53,844 bases of DNA from an uncultured Candidatus Saccharibacteria bacterium (GTDB lineage Bacteria > Patescibacteriota > Minisyncoccia > JAHIHE01 > DAOWLE01). Below are positions 1 through 8,859 of the stretch, one piece after another. The position numbers were made by a program, and so were the translations under genes. The notes under the pieces are model-generated. The model did not search any database and was not told the DNA's origin. It saw nothing but the letters and a program-made list of their open reading frames with translations. Every line of letters begins with the position of its first letter. The first letter of the stretch is position 1. Where the stretch lies: positions 5,959 to 59,802 of the forward strand of contig CAYSEG010000001.1 in assembly GCA_964430135.1 (NCBI GenBank), in the 5' to 3' direction.

Positions 1-33
1 TGGGAAATTCTTTGAGTAGAATTTATTTTCTGC

Positions 34-1581
34 TTAATTTCTTTCAGAAACATATTTTTTCAAAACTTGCCTTATTATCTTTTCTAATTCTATTTCTATA
101 TCTTTATCTAAATCTTTTGTTTCTCTTATCCTGCTAAAAATCTCTGGCTTTTGAATTTCCAGTGTTTCAAACAAATCTTTCTCAAATTTTCTAATATCTT
201 CAATTTTTACTTCGTCTAAAAATCCTCTAGTGGCGGCAAAAATTATCGCCACTTGCCGCTCAAAACCAAGCGGAGAAAGAGTATCCTGTTTTAAAATTTC
301 TCTCATTCTTCTTCCCCGATCGATCCTACTTTTAGTTTCTGGATCTACCTCTTCGGCAAATTCCAAGAAGCTCTCCAACTCCTGAAACTGAGCCAATTCT
401 AATTTTAAAGTAGCGGCAACTTTTTTAATTGCCTTAGTCTGGGCAGCTGATCCAACTCTGGAAACTGAAAGCCCGACATTCATCTCCGGTCTTTGCCCTT
501 TTAAATACAATGAAGTATCCATATATATCTGACCATCACAGATTGAAATTACATTAGTGGGAATATATGCGGTAATATCTTCAGCTTGAGTTTCAATAAT
601 AGGAAGAGCGGTAAGAGAGCCTCCTCCTTTATTTTTATTCAATTTCCCTGCTCTTTCTAAAAGCCTTGAGTGAAGATAAAAAATATCACCAGGATATGCT
701 TCCCTCCCCGGAGATCTTCTTAAAACTAAAGAAATCTCGCGCCAAGCCCAAGCATGCTTTGTTAAATTATCAAAAACAATCAAGACATCCTTTCCTCTAT
801 CCATAAAATACTCTCCTAAAGCTGTTCCGGCATAGGGAGCCAAATACCAAAAAGATACCGGGTCGCTAGAAGTAGCTAAAACTACCGCCGTATAATCCAT
901 CGCTCCATATTTTTTGAAAACTTCCAAAATCTTAGCAATTTCGCTTTCTCTTTTTCCTATGGCTACATATATACAAATCGGCCTTTTTGGCTCCTGTTTC
1001 TGATTCAAAATGGTATCAATGGCTAAAGAAGTTTTTTGGGTGATTCTATCGCCCAAAATTAACTCTCTCTGTCCTCTGCCAATAGGAACTAAAGCATCAA
1101 CGATTTTGATGCCCGTATGAAGGGGAAAACTAACCGGCTCTCTGTCTATCACCGAAGGACCAACTTTTTCCAAAGGATAAAAATGTTTCGCTTTTATCTC
1201 CCCGCTTTCATCTAATGGTTTTCCTAGGGGATTAATTACTCTTCCTATTAATTCTTCTCCAACTGGACAAGAAAGGACCTTTCTAGTTCTTTTAACAATA
1301 TCCCCTTCCTTTATTTTTGAAAAATCACCAAGAATAATACTGCCTATTTCATACTCTTCTAAAACTGAAGCAAGGCCATATATTTCTTCCTGCGTTTCAT
1401 CCTGTCCCGAATCCTTTTTACCGGACGGTTCAAATTTTATTATCTCCAAACTTTCTACATTTTGAAGACCGGAAATCTTAGCTGTTCCATCCTTCACCTG
1501 AAGCACCCTTCCTATTTCTTCCTGCTGGGGCTTAAGCTCTAAATTTTCTATTTCTTGCTTTAGATATTCTAAAGTATCCAT
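34..1581 (-). CDS. atpA: F-type ATP synthase subunit alpha
   Basis: 515-aa ORF with conserved F1-alpha blocks (GRGQRELILGDR, RRSPGREAYPGDIFYLHSRLLERA, ITAYIPTNVISICDGQIY). It is last in the canonical atpB-E-F-H-A order. The P-loop reads GDRITQKT instead of GDRQTGKT. Confidence 0.95.
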   Translation of the reverse strand: MDTLEYLKQEIENLELKPQQEEIGRVLQVKDGTAKISGLQNVESLEIIKFEPSGKKDSGQDETQEEIYGLASVLEEYEIGSIILGDFSKIKEGDIVKRTRKVLSCPVGEELIGRVINPLGKPLDESGEIKAKHFYPLEKVGPSVIDREPVSFPLHTGIKIVDALVPIGRGQRELILGDRITQKTSLAIDTILNQKQEPKRPICIYVAIGKRESEIAKILEVFKKYGAMDYTAVVLATSSDPVSFWYLAPYAGTALGEYFMDRGKDVLIVFDNLTKHAWAWREISLVLRRSPGREAYPGDIFYLHSRLLERAGKLNKNKGGGSLTALPIIETQAEDITAYIPTNVISICDGQIYMDTSLYLKGQRPEMNVGLSVSRVGSAAQTKAIKKVAATLKLELAQFQELESFLEFAEEVDPETKSRIDRGRRMREILKQDTLSPLGFERQVAIIFAATRGFLDEVKIEDIRKFEKDLFETLEIQKPEIFSRIRETKDLDKDIEIELEKIIRQVLKKYVSERN

Positions 1582-1627
1582 AATAAAAAGTTAAAATTCA
1601 AAATGCAAAATAGCAAATCAAAAACTC

Positions 1628-2038
1628 TTAATAAGCCTTTATCCTTCTCAAAACTCCCCTTATTGAAGCATCTATTAAATAATTATTACTTTTCGCTATG
1701 AATCCACTAATAATACTTTCATCTATTTTGATCCTAAACATCTTTTTTTCTCCTAAAACTTTTCTTAAATCTCTTTTTATTTTCTCAATTTCTTCTTCAT
1801 AAATTTTTCTTGACAAGATTAATTCTACTTCATCCCTTTTTGAATATTTTTTGAATTCTTTTAAAATCCGAGGGAGAAGATAAATTTTCCTTTTATTTTT
1901 TAAAATTTCCAGAAAGTTTTTTACTATTTTTTGCTTTTCCGCATCCTTTTTATTTTCCGCGGCTAAAAATAAAGCCTCAGCTAATAGCTGCGCCTGATCT
2001 TTAACTCTCATTATTTTGGTGGACCCTATTAGAAGCAT
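1628..2038 (-). CDS. atpH: F-type ATP synthase subunit delta (OSCP), short form
   Basis: Lies between atpF and atpA. The C-terminal block DESIISGFIAKSNNYLIDASIRGVLRRI resembles the delta/OSCP C-terminus. The likely start is the internal Met (MRVKDQ) near 2011. Confidence 0.7.
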   Translation of the reverse strand: MLLIGSTKIMRVKDQAQLLAEALFLAAENKKDAEKQKIVKNFLEILKNKRKIYLLPRILKEFKKYSKRDEVELILSRKIYEEEIEKIKRDLRKVLGEKKMFRIKIDESIISGFIAKSNNYLIDASIRGVLRRIKAY

Positions 2039-2543
2039 TGTCTCTAACGGGTCGAAGATTTAATAAAAATTCTTCTATAATTTGTTTGTCTTTTTCGGCA
2101 TCAATTTTCATCTTTAAAATTTTCTCAGTCAGACCTAAACTTATATTAATTATTCCTTTTCGTTGGATCTCCTGCATTTTTTCTATTTCCATCTCTCCCT
2201 GCTTCCTTGCCATTTCCAATATTTTTTCTTTTTCTTTTTGACTTTCTTTAATAATCTGTTCGGCTTTTCCTCTCCCTTTTTCCTCTATTTGTTTTAATAT
2301 CTGAAAAGCATTCTGCCGGGCATTTTCCAAAATTTTTTCTTTCTGACTTTTTATCGCCTGAATTCTTTTTTCAATTTCTTCTGATCTTTTTATGCCCTTG
2401 TCAATCTTTTCTTTCCTTTCTCTTAAAACTTTCAAAAACGGACGATAAGCAAATCTTTTCAGTAAATACAAAATCACCAAAAAATTAATGGTTTGTGCTA
2501 ACAAAATTTTCCAGTCAATACCTAAATTTTCTAAAATTCCCAT
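2001..2543 (-). CDS. atpF: F-type ATP synthase subunit b
   Basis: N-terminal TM helix (WKILLAQTINFLVILYLL) followed by a long charged coiled coil. Lies between atpE and atpH. Confidence 0.75.
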   Translation of the reverse strand: MGILENLGIDWKILLAQTINFLVILYLLKRFAYRPFLKVLRERKEKIDKGIKRSEEIEKRIQAIKSQKEKILENARQNAFQILKQIEEKGRGKAEQIIKESQKEKEKILEMARKQGEMEIEKMQEIQRKGIINISLGLTEKILKMKIDAEKDKQIIEEFLLNLRPVRDNASNRVHQNNES

Positions 2544-2548
2544 GATAT

Positions 2549-2630
2549 GATAACAAACTCCATTTCATTCCGTTTGTCAGTCCATTGTTTAATGCGGACT
2601 GATACACGCAGCGAAGCGGAGTGTGTTATT
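2549..2630. repeat. REP-like inverted pair of a 35-nt unit (X...Y hairpin) between atpF and atpE
   Basis: gataacaaactccatttcattccgtttgtcagtcc - attgtttaatgc - ggactgatacacgcagcgaagcggagtgtgttatt. The same units occur at 29319-29434 and 36413-36483. Confidence 0.7.
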
Positions 2631-2702
2631 ATTTTTTTCTTATATAACTACTAAGCGCTTCTGTGACAAATGTTGCCGAAATGGTTAAATAGCAAAAGAT
2701 AA

Positions 2703-2942
2703 TTATACAAACTTAATTAAAATCGCAATAACTAAAACATAGATAGCGATCGCTTCGGCAAAAGCAATAGCCAAAATCATTGAGGTTTGAATCTTAGAAG
2801 AAGCTTCTGGATTTCTGCCAATTGCCTTCATTGCCTCAGATCCTATTTTCCCAATGGCAAAAGCTGGAAGTATCACTCCGAAAGCAATGGTAAAACCAGC
2901 GGCTATATTTTTAATCATTGCTGGATCTAATTCTTCTAACAT
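2703..2942 (-). CDS. atpE: F-type ATP synthase subunit c
   Basis: 79-aa two-helix proteolipid with loop RNPE and carboxylate motif AFAEAIAIY. Confidence 0.9.
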   Translation of the reverse strand: MLEELDPAMIKNIAAGFTIAFGVILPAFAIGKIGSEAMKAIGRNPEASSKIQTSMILAIAFAEAIAIYVLVIAILIKFV

Positions 2943-2999
2943 AGATTTTAACCTTTAATTAATTAGAATTTTTATTGTTCCGACCTTTTATTTATTCCT

Positions 3000-3734
3000 T
3001 CAGTGAGAGATACTCACTGCTGTAGTATAAAAAATGACTATCAGGCTTGAAAAAATCAAAGCTTGAATAAAACCAACTAAAATTTCTAAAAGTAAAAAGG
3101 GTATGGGAAGAAAGTAAACAAATAAAAAAGAGGTTGCCAACAGCAGAACCTCTCCGGCAAAAATATTTCCAAAAAGCCTTACAGCTAAAGATAAGACTTT
3201 AATAATTTCACTAAAGCCTTCCAGTATTCCGACAAAAAATAGGATTGGACTTTTAAAATTTAAAAATTTTTTAAGATGGCAACTAATTCCTAGCCTTCGG
3301 ATAGCTAATATATGAACAAATGCCATCGAAGAAATAGCCAAAGCTAAAGTAAAATTAAGATCAGAGCTTGGAGAACGCAAAAAATGAAAAATGCCAAGCC
3401 CCGGCAAAATTTCCAAAAGATTAGCAAATAAAATTAAAATAAATAAAGTTGAGGCTACTGGAAATATATCTTCTGTTTTTTTTCTGTCGCCAGTAATACC
3501 ATCTATAAAATGCAAAATACTCTCTAAAGCCCACTCTATAAAATTCTGGAATGAATTGGGTATCATCTTTTCTTTTCTTAACCCGAAATGAAGTAAAATA
3601 AATATAACCAATCCCACTATTATAGTTAAGATAAACGTATTAGTAACTTGAAAGTTAAAAACTTCAAAAATTTTTTCAGAAGAAAATGAAATATCGTGTA
3701 TACCCATACAATTAAATCCTATATTTTTATCCAC
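3000..3734 (-). CDS. atpB: F-type ATP synthase subunit a
   Basis: 244-aa polytopic membrane protein with the conserved LAVRLFGNIFAGE block (essential Arg). First gene of the atp cluster. Confidence 0.85.
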   Translation of the reverse strand: MDKNIGFNCMGIHDISFSSEKIFEVFNFQVTNTFILTIIVGLVIFILLHFGLRKEKMIPNSFQNFIEWALESILHFIDGITGDRKKTEDIFPVASTLFILILFANLLEILPGLGIFHFLRSPSSDLNFTLALAISSMAFVHILAIRRLGISCHLKKFLNFKSPILFFVGILEGFSEIIKVLSLAVRLFGNIFAGEVLLLATSFLFVYFLPIPFLLLEILVGFIQALIFSSLIVIFYTTAVSISH

Positions 3735-3756
3735 AAAAAAAATGAAAACTTATTTT

Positions 3757-3784
3757 ATTATACTCCTGTAAAATAAACTGTCAA
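3757..3784 (-). promoter_or_regulatory. sigma70-like promoter of the atp operon
   Basis: Minus strand reads TTGACA (3779-3784), a 16-nt spacer, then TATAAT (3757-3762), about 20 nt upstream of the atpB start. Confidence 0.6.
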
Positions 3785-4013
3785 GTCCTCGAAAATCCAA
3801 ATTCATTCTGTTTGTCTATCCAAGCTTTTACATCGAAGAAGAGAGAAAAATCCGCAAGCTAATTTTAAATCCCGACCCGCATTTCCGCCTCCCTATAACA
3901 ATCTTACTCTTGTTATTATCTATCTTTTGAAAATTCTTACTGAATAACGTTCTTAACTATTTTTTACAGTCATTAATTTTTAACAAACTCATTTTATTGA
4001 CAAATTAAGCAGC

Positions 4014-4042
4014 TTGACGAACCCCCCATAGAGAAATATAAT
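4014..4042 (+). promoter_or_regulatory. sigma70-like promoter upstream of gdh
   Basis: TTGACG (4014-4019), 17-nt spacer, TATAAT (4037-4042). It leaves a ~200-nt A-rich leader before the ATG at 4244. Confidence 0.5.
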
Positions 4043-4243
4043 GAAACTATATAATTAAAAAGCAAATACGAAAAAAACACAACAACCCGACAATTAAACA
4101 TTGTTAAACAGACTAGCTAATCTTATAAAAAGAGAGCTGTTAAAAAATATCAGAGCAATTTTACGCAATTAATGTTGGCCTGAAGATAATGAAGATAATA
4201 TTAGACTAAAATAATATAATTCACAACAGCATAATTTATAACA

Positions 4244-5476
4244 ATGAAAAATAAAATATTCTCCAATATAGTCAAAAAATTAAACGAAATTCAAAAAATT
4301 GAAGGTCTGACCAATAAAGAAATTCAATTGCTTTCTACCCCCAAAAAAATAAATCACACCCAGCTTAAAATTAACAACAAAAAATTTCCCGCCTGGCGAA
4401 TTCTTTTCAATGACGCTCTGGGTCCGGGCAAAGGAGGAATTAGATTTCATCCCGAAACCAGCGAAGATGAAGTTATGTCTCTGGCTTTCTGGATGATGAT
4501 CAAAAATTCATTAGCCGAACTGCCTTACGGCGGCGCTAAAGGCGGAGTTAAATTTAATCCCCAAAATGCGTCTCTTAAAACGATAGAATCAGTAAGCAGA
4601 AAATTTATAGACGCTTTTTACAAAGTTTTAGGGCAGGATAAAGATATTCCCGCCCCGGATGTTTATACCAATTCTCAAATTATGGCCTGGATGCTTGATG
4701 AATATGAAAAGAAAGTTTGCCATCACGAACCGGCAATGATTACTGGCAAGCCTTTGGAATTGCAGGGTAGCGCTCTACGCAACGACGCAACGGCTAAAGG
4801 AGGATTTATTATTGCCAAAGAGCTTGTTAAAAAATTTAAGTTAAATAAAAAAAATACGGAAATTGCCGTTCAGGGTTTTGGCAATGCTGGTTTATATATT
4901 TCAAAAATGTTGACAGATAACAGTTTCAGAATTATAGCTGTCAGTGACAGCAAAAATGGTATTTATAATAAAGAGGGATTAAACATTAATGAAGTAATAA
5001 AGAAAAAACAAAAAACAGGAAGGGTGTCAAAATATACAAAAGCAAAAATTATTACTAACGGCAATCTGCTGGAATTGCCAGTTGATATTTTAATTTTAGC
5101 TGCTCTTGAGAATCAAATTACCAAAAAAAATGCTAAAAATATAAAAGCGAAGTATATTATAGAAATAGCAAATGGTCCTATCGATTATGAAGCAGATAAA
5201 ATATTATTTAACAAAAACATAACAATAGTACCTGATGTACTAGCAAATTCAGGGGGAGTAATAGTTAGCTATTTTGAATGGGCGCAAAACAGAACGGGCA
5301 ATATTTTAGATAAAAAATATCTAGAAAATTTACTGCAACAAAAAATGATAAATTCTTGGCAAAAAGTTATCAATTTACATCAAGAAAAAAATAAAAAAAT
5401 AGATTTGAGAACAGCAGCATATATTATTGCCGTCAGAAAAATTTTAACGGCAGAAAAACTCAGGGGAAATTTGTAA
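4244..5476 (+). CDS. gdhA: Glu/Leu/Phe/Val-family dehydrogenase, glutamate dehydrogenase-like
   Basis: 410 aa. Catalytic block GPGKGGIRFHP and GGAKGG, plus Rossmann motif VQGFGNAG. Confidence 0.9.
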   Translation: MKNKIFSNIVKKLNEIQKIEGLTNKEIQLLSTPKKINHTQLKINNKKFPAWRILFNDALGPGKGGIRFHPETSEDEVMSLAFWMMIKNSLAELPYGGAKGGVKFNPQNASLKTIESVSRKFIDAFYKVLGQDKDIPAPDVYTNSQIMAWMLDEYEKKVCHHEPAMITGKPLELQGSALRNDATAKGGFIIAKELVKKFKLNKKNTEIAVQGFGNAGLYISKMLTDNSFRIIAVSDSKNGIYNKEGLNINEVIKKKQKTGRVSKYTKAKIITNGNLLELPVDILILAALENQITKKNAKNIKAKYIIEIANGPIDYEADKILFNKNITIVPDVLANSGGVIVSYFEWAQNRTGNILDKKYLENLLQQKMINSWQKVINLHQEKNKKIDLRTAAYIIAVRKILTAEKLRGNL

Positions 5477-5491
5477 ATTGGTTATAAAGTT

Positions 5492-6295
5492 ATGCCTATA
5501 AATAAAATCACAATTTTGCCCGGGATAAATAAATTCGGCAGAAAAGAAAATTTCGAGAAAATTGATATCAAAAAAGGGGAAGTAATAGCTATTGTTGGCC
5601 GCACCGGAGCGGGCAAAAGTCAACTTCTTTACGATATTGAAAGGTTAGCCCAAAAAGACACCAAAAGCAAAAGGGAAATTTTAGTCAATAACAAAACTCC
5701 CAATAGAGAATTAAGATTCAACCCTAAAAGAAAATTAATCGCTTCGCTGGCCCAAAGCATGAATTTCTTAACAGACATATCTGTTAAGGATTTTTTGCAA
5801 TTACATCTGGAATCTCGCGGGAAAAAAGCAAGGCCTGGATTGCTTAAAGAAGTAATACAAGAAGCTAATAAAATTACCGGCGAGGCGATTTTGCCTGAAA
5901 TGAATTTGCTTAATTTGTCAGGAGGGCAAAGCAGGGCGCTGATGGTCTCTGACGTAGCCAATATCAGCGTCTCACCTATTATTTTAATTGATGAAATAGA
6001 AAATGCCGGCATTAAAAAAGAACAAGCAATTAAAATTTTAGTGGAAGAAGAAAAAATTGTCTTAATTGTTACTCACGATCCGTCTTTGGCGCTAAATGCT
6101 GACAAAAGAATTATTATTAAAGACGGGGGAATTGTCAAAATTTTAAATACTTCTCTAAAAGAAAAAGGCATTGCCCATTATTTAAATTGGATAGAAAGTT
6201 ATAACTTAGAGATAAGGGAAAAAATAAGAAAAGGACAAGAAATTAAGAATATAGAAATATATTGCGAGCCGGCTAAATTTAAAAAGGAAATATGA
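5492..6295 (+). CDS. ABC-type ATPase with no adjacent permease
   Basis: Walker A GRTGAGKS, signature LSGGQSRAL, Walker B ILIDEIE, H-loop THD. Its stop overlaps the next ORF start (ATGA at 6292-6295). Confidence 0.75.
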   Translation: MPINKITILPGINKFGRKENFEKIDIKKGEVIAIVGRTGAGKSQLLYDIERLAQKDTKSKREILVNNKTPNRELRFNPKRKLIASLAQSMNFLTDISVKDFLQLHLESRGKKARPGLLKEVIQEANKITGEAILPEMNLLNLSGGQSRALMVSDVANISVSPIILIDEIENAGIKKEQAIKILVEEEKIVLIVTHDPSLALNADKRIIIKDGGIVKILNTSLKEKGIAHYLNWIESYNLEIREKIRKGQEIKNIEIYCEPAKFKKEI

Positions 6296-7173
6296 AATTT
6301 AACTCAAGATTAAATACTCATACTTTAACGAATCAAGGCTCTGCAGAACCGAAGATGAGGCAGAAACTTATAATTTTTGCCGGAACACCCGGGTCGGGCA
6401 AGACAAGCATCATTAAATATATAATCCAGGAATTAAAAAACGATTTTAAACTATTTTTTGCTAAATTTGATTGTTTACAGACATCAGATAATGAACGTAT
6501 TGCCAAGGAATATAAAATTCCAACCGTTAAAAAATTAGCTGGAGAGCTTTGCCCTGACCATTATACGGCGTTGGAAATTCCTAAAATAATCAGAGAAAAT
6601 CAGGATAAGGATATTATTATTTTGGAAACCGCCGGCTTATGTCTCCGTTGCTCTCCTTATATCAAAGAAGGTCTGGGCATTAATGTTTTAGACATTACCT
6701 CCGGAGACCCTTCTCGTTATGGTCCCATTTTAACCCAAGCAGATGTTGCGGCTATCAGTAAGGGCGATTTGATTTCTCAAGCAGAAAGGGAAATTTTTAG
6801 AGCAAAGGTTTTAAAAGTTAATCCTAAAGCAAAAATTGTAGAGATAAATGGGCTTACAGGAGAGGGAGCCATTGATATTGTAGAATACATAAAAGCGTCA
6901 TCTTGTATTAAAAAAGATAAAAAATTAACGCTAAAACATTCTATGCCTTCAGCGTTATGCGGTTATTGTTACGGAAATAAAATAATTGACGAAAAAGAAG
7001 AACAAAAAAGAGCTTCGGCGGGGAAAGAATTAAAAAATTTAATTCCCGGACTAAATTGCGGAAAATGCGGTTTTAAATCTTGTAATGAATTTATTAGAGC
7101 GGTTTTAGACGGAAAAGCAATAAAAGAACAATGTCCCTTTATTAAGCAAAAAGTCGCAAATAAAAATAATTAA
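6292..7173 (+). CDS. G3E-family (HypB/UreG/CobW-like) P-loop GTPase fused to an RnfB-type putative Fe-S domain
   Basis: GTPGSGKTS P-loop, LETAG, SKGD (NKxD-like). The C-terminus has CGYCYG and LNCGKCGFKSCNEFIRAVLDGKAIKEQCPF, which resembles the RnfB/CoFeSP N-terminal Fe-S motif. Confidence 0.6.
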   Translation: MKFNSRLNTHTLTNQGSAEPKMRQKLIIFAGTPGSGKTSIIKYIIQELKNDFKLFFAKFDCLQTSDNERIAKEYKIPTVKKLAGELCPDHYTALEIPKIIRENQDKDIIILETAGLCLRCSPYIKEGLGINVLDITSGDPSRYGPILTQADVAAISKGDLISQAEREIFRAKVLKVNPKAKIVEINGLTGEGAIDIVEYIKASSCIKKDKKLTLKHSMPSALCGYCYGNKIIDEKEEQKRASAGKELKNLIPGLNCGKCGFKSCNEFIRAVLDGKAIKEQCPFIKQKVANKNN

Positions 7174-7188
7174 AAAAAAATTAAATCT

Positions 7189-7449
7189 ATGCCATGGATA
7201 AAACAAAATAAATGTATTGGTTGCGGAGCTTGTGTCAGGGTTTGCCCGGTTGGAGCCATTTCTATAAAAAACGGCAAGGCGGTTATTGATCAAGAAAAAT
7301 GTATCAAGTGTGGTAAATGTTTGAATGTTTGTCCGCAAGAAGCAATACGGCCAAACTCCGAAAATCCAGAATTAAGAAAGCATCTATTCGGAAGTCGTGG
7401 AATGGCTCGTGGAATGAGAAAGGAAAGAAATTATGGAGTAAGAAGATGA
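7189..7449 (+). CDS. 2x[4Fe-4S] ferredoxin
   Basis: Two CxxCxxCxxxCP motifs: CIGCGACVRVCP and CIKCGKCLNVCP. Confidence 0.85.
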   Translation: MPWIKQNKCIGCGACVRVCPVGAISIKNGKAVIDQEKCIKCGKCLNVCPQEAIRPNSENPELRKHLFGSRGMARGMRKERNYGVRR

Positions 7450-7614
7450 TTTCAAAACGAATTTATACCTATACCAATTAGCTTTGAAGATAAAAATAAA
7501 TCGTTCGGCAATTTGCTCGCTTCTTTTTGTGTTTAAAATTGGTATACAGGAAGAACGCGGATTGCTATTGAGACATTAGACAAGCAAATAGAATACAATA
7601 AAGAAAATAAAAAA

Positions 7615-7911
7615 ATGGCAGATAATAGCCTTTCAAATATTAAAAAATTACTTAAAGAAGTAAGACATCCTTTTATTGACAGCACTCTTTTTGAGCTTGG
7701 ATTCTTTAAAAGCATAGAGAAGAAAAATAATAAGTTGATTATTGTTTTAGCTTTTCCTTTTGAGAATATTCCCATTAAAGACCAGCTAATTGCTTTAGTA
7801 AAAGGACCTTTAAACAAATTAAACCTAGATATAAAAATAAAAATAACAGTAATGAACCAAAAGGAATTGCAAAATTTTTTAAATAAAGAACAAAAAAACT
7901 GGATAGGATAA
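7615..7911 (+). CDS. DUF59/MIP18-like (SufT/Mrp N-terminal-type) Fe-S assembly domain protein
   Basis: 98 aa. VRHPFIDSTLFELGFFKSI resembles the DUF59 core. Sits between the ferredoxin and the metal ABC genes. Confidence 0.5.
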   Translation: MADNSLSNIKKLLKEVRHPFIDSTLFELGFFKSIEKKNNKLIIVLAFPFENIPIKDQLIALVKGPLNKLNLDIKIKITVMNQKELQNFLNKEQKNWIG

Positions 7912-7935
7912 AAAAATATTTTTTTAAAAAATAAG

Positions 7936-8637
7936 ATGGCAGAAGAGCTAATTTTAAAAGTTAAAAATTTAAGAGTGAAGGCAAATGGCGAAGAAATTAT
8001 CAAAAATCTGTCTTTCAACGTTGGAAGAGGGGAATTTTTTATAATTTTAGGACCAAACGGCGCCGGCAAGACCACGCTCTTTAAGGCACTGCTTGGGTTA
8101 ATTCCCTATAAAGGAGAAATCGCCTGGAACCGAAAGAATATTAAGTTTGGTTATCTGCCGGAACGCCTGTCTCGTTCGGAATTCAAAAAGATTCCCATCT
8201 CAATTCGAGAATTTTACAGATTTAAAGAAGATTCTGAAGAGAAAATTTCTAAAATATTAAAAGCCGTAGGATTAAAAGGGGATAAATTCCTCGAAAAAAA
8301 TCCGGGAAATTTATCATCTGGACAATTTCAGAGAATGTTGATCGGCTGGGCGCTGCTCGGAGACCCTGAAGTTTTATTTTTTGATGAACCAACCACTGGC
8401 ATTGACATCGGAGGGGAAGAAAATATTTATTCCCTTTTGCGAAAATTTTGGCAGGAGAGAAATTTAACTATTTTATTGATAACCCATGACCTGAACATCG
8501 TTTATGGTTACGCGACTAATGTTTTATGCCTTCACAAAAATGGGATCTGTTCCGGTCCTCCCCGAAAAGTCTTAACCCCGCAGCTCTTAGAGGATTTATA
8601 CGGCAACAAAATCAAATTTTATAAGCATACACACTAA
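7936..8637 (+). CDS. metal (Zn/Mn-type) ABC transporter ATP-binding protein
   Basis: GPNGAGKTT, LSSGQFQRMLIGWAL, LFFDEPTTGID, ITHDL. Resembles ZnuC/MntB-type ATPases. Confidence 0.8.
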   Translation: MAEELILKVKNLRVKANGEEIIKNLSFNVGRGEFFIILGPNGAGKTTLFKALLGLIPYKGEIAWNRKNIKFGYLPERLSRSEFKKIPISIREFYRFKEDSEEKISKILKAVGLKGDKFLEKNPGNLSSGQFQRMLIGWALLGDPEVLFFDEPTTGIDIGGEENIYSLLRKFWQERNLTILLITHDLNIVYGYATNVLCLHKNGICSGPPRKVLTPQLLEDLYGNKIKFYKHTH

Positions 8638-8639
8638 TA

Positions 8640-8858
8640 AAAATCAAAAGTCAAAATGGAAATTTAAAATGTAAAAAGAATTATTTTTTATTCTCCTATC
8701 TAATTCTAACGTTTTAGCTGAGGATTTTAAAATTCTTTTAATCCTTTTTGAATTGTGATTTTTGATTTTTGAATTATTTATAGTTTTTGTCATTTGAATT
8801 TATAATTTTGATATTGTTTAGGATCTCGATATTCGAGTTTCCTTTATAAAATAAAAGT
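8640..8858. repeat. AT-rich imperfect palindromic element between the ABC ATPase and permease genes
   Basis: Left arm aaatcaaaagtcaaaatggaaatttaaaatgtaaaaa, right arm ttgtgatttttgatttttgaatt. Same caaaat/attttg arm vocabulary as elements at 15.3, 22.4, 24.0, 24.3, 26.9 and 38.1 kb. Confidence 0.6.
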
Positions 8859-8859
8859 T

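Noticed and set aside
1-33. Possible 5' end of atpG downstream of atpA. One minus-strand frame reads ...INSTQRIS, reminiscent of gamma N-termini.
   Set aside because: Only ~30 nt are available and there is no canonical start codon, so it cannot be supported.
2038-2241. Plus-strand ORFs antisense to the atp genes (2038-2241 and 3391-3591).
   Set aside because: They lie entirely inside well-supported minus-strand genes and have low-complexity translations.
5629-6012. Antisense ORFs inside the ABC ATPase, GTPase, DUF59/ZnuC and permease genes (5629-6012, 7105-7338, 7533-8075, 9018-9269).
   Set aside because: They overlap motif-bearing genes on the other strand and contain no motifs of their own.
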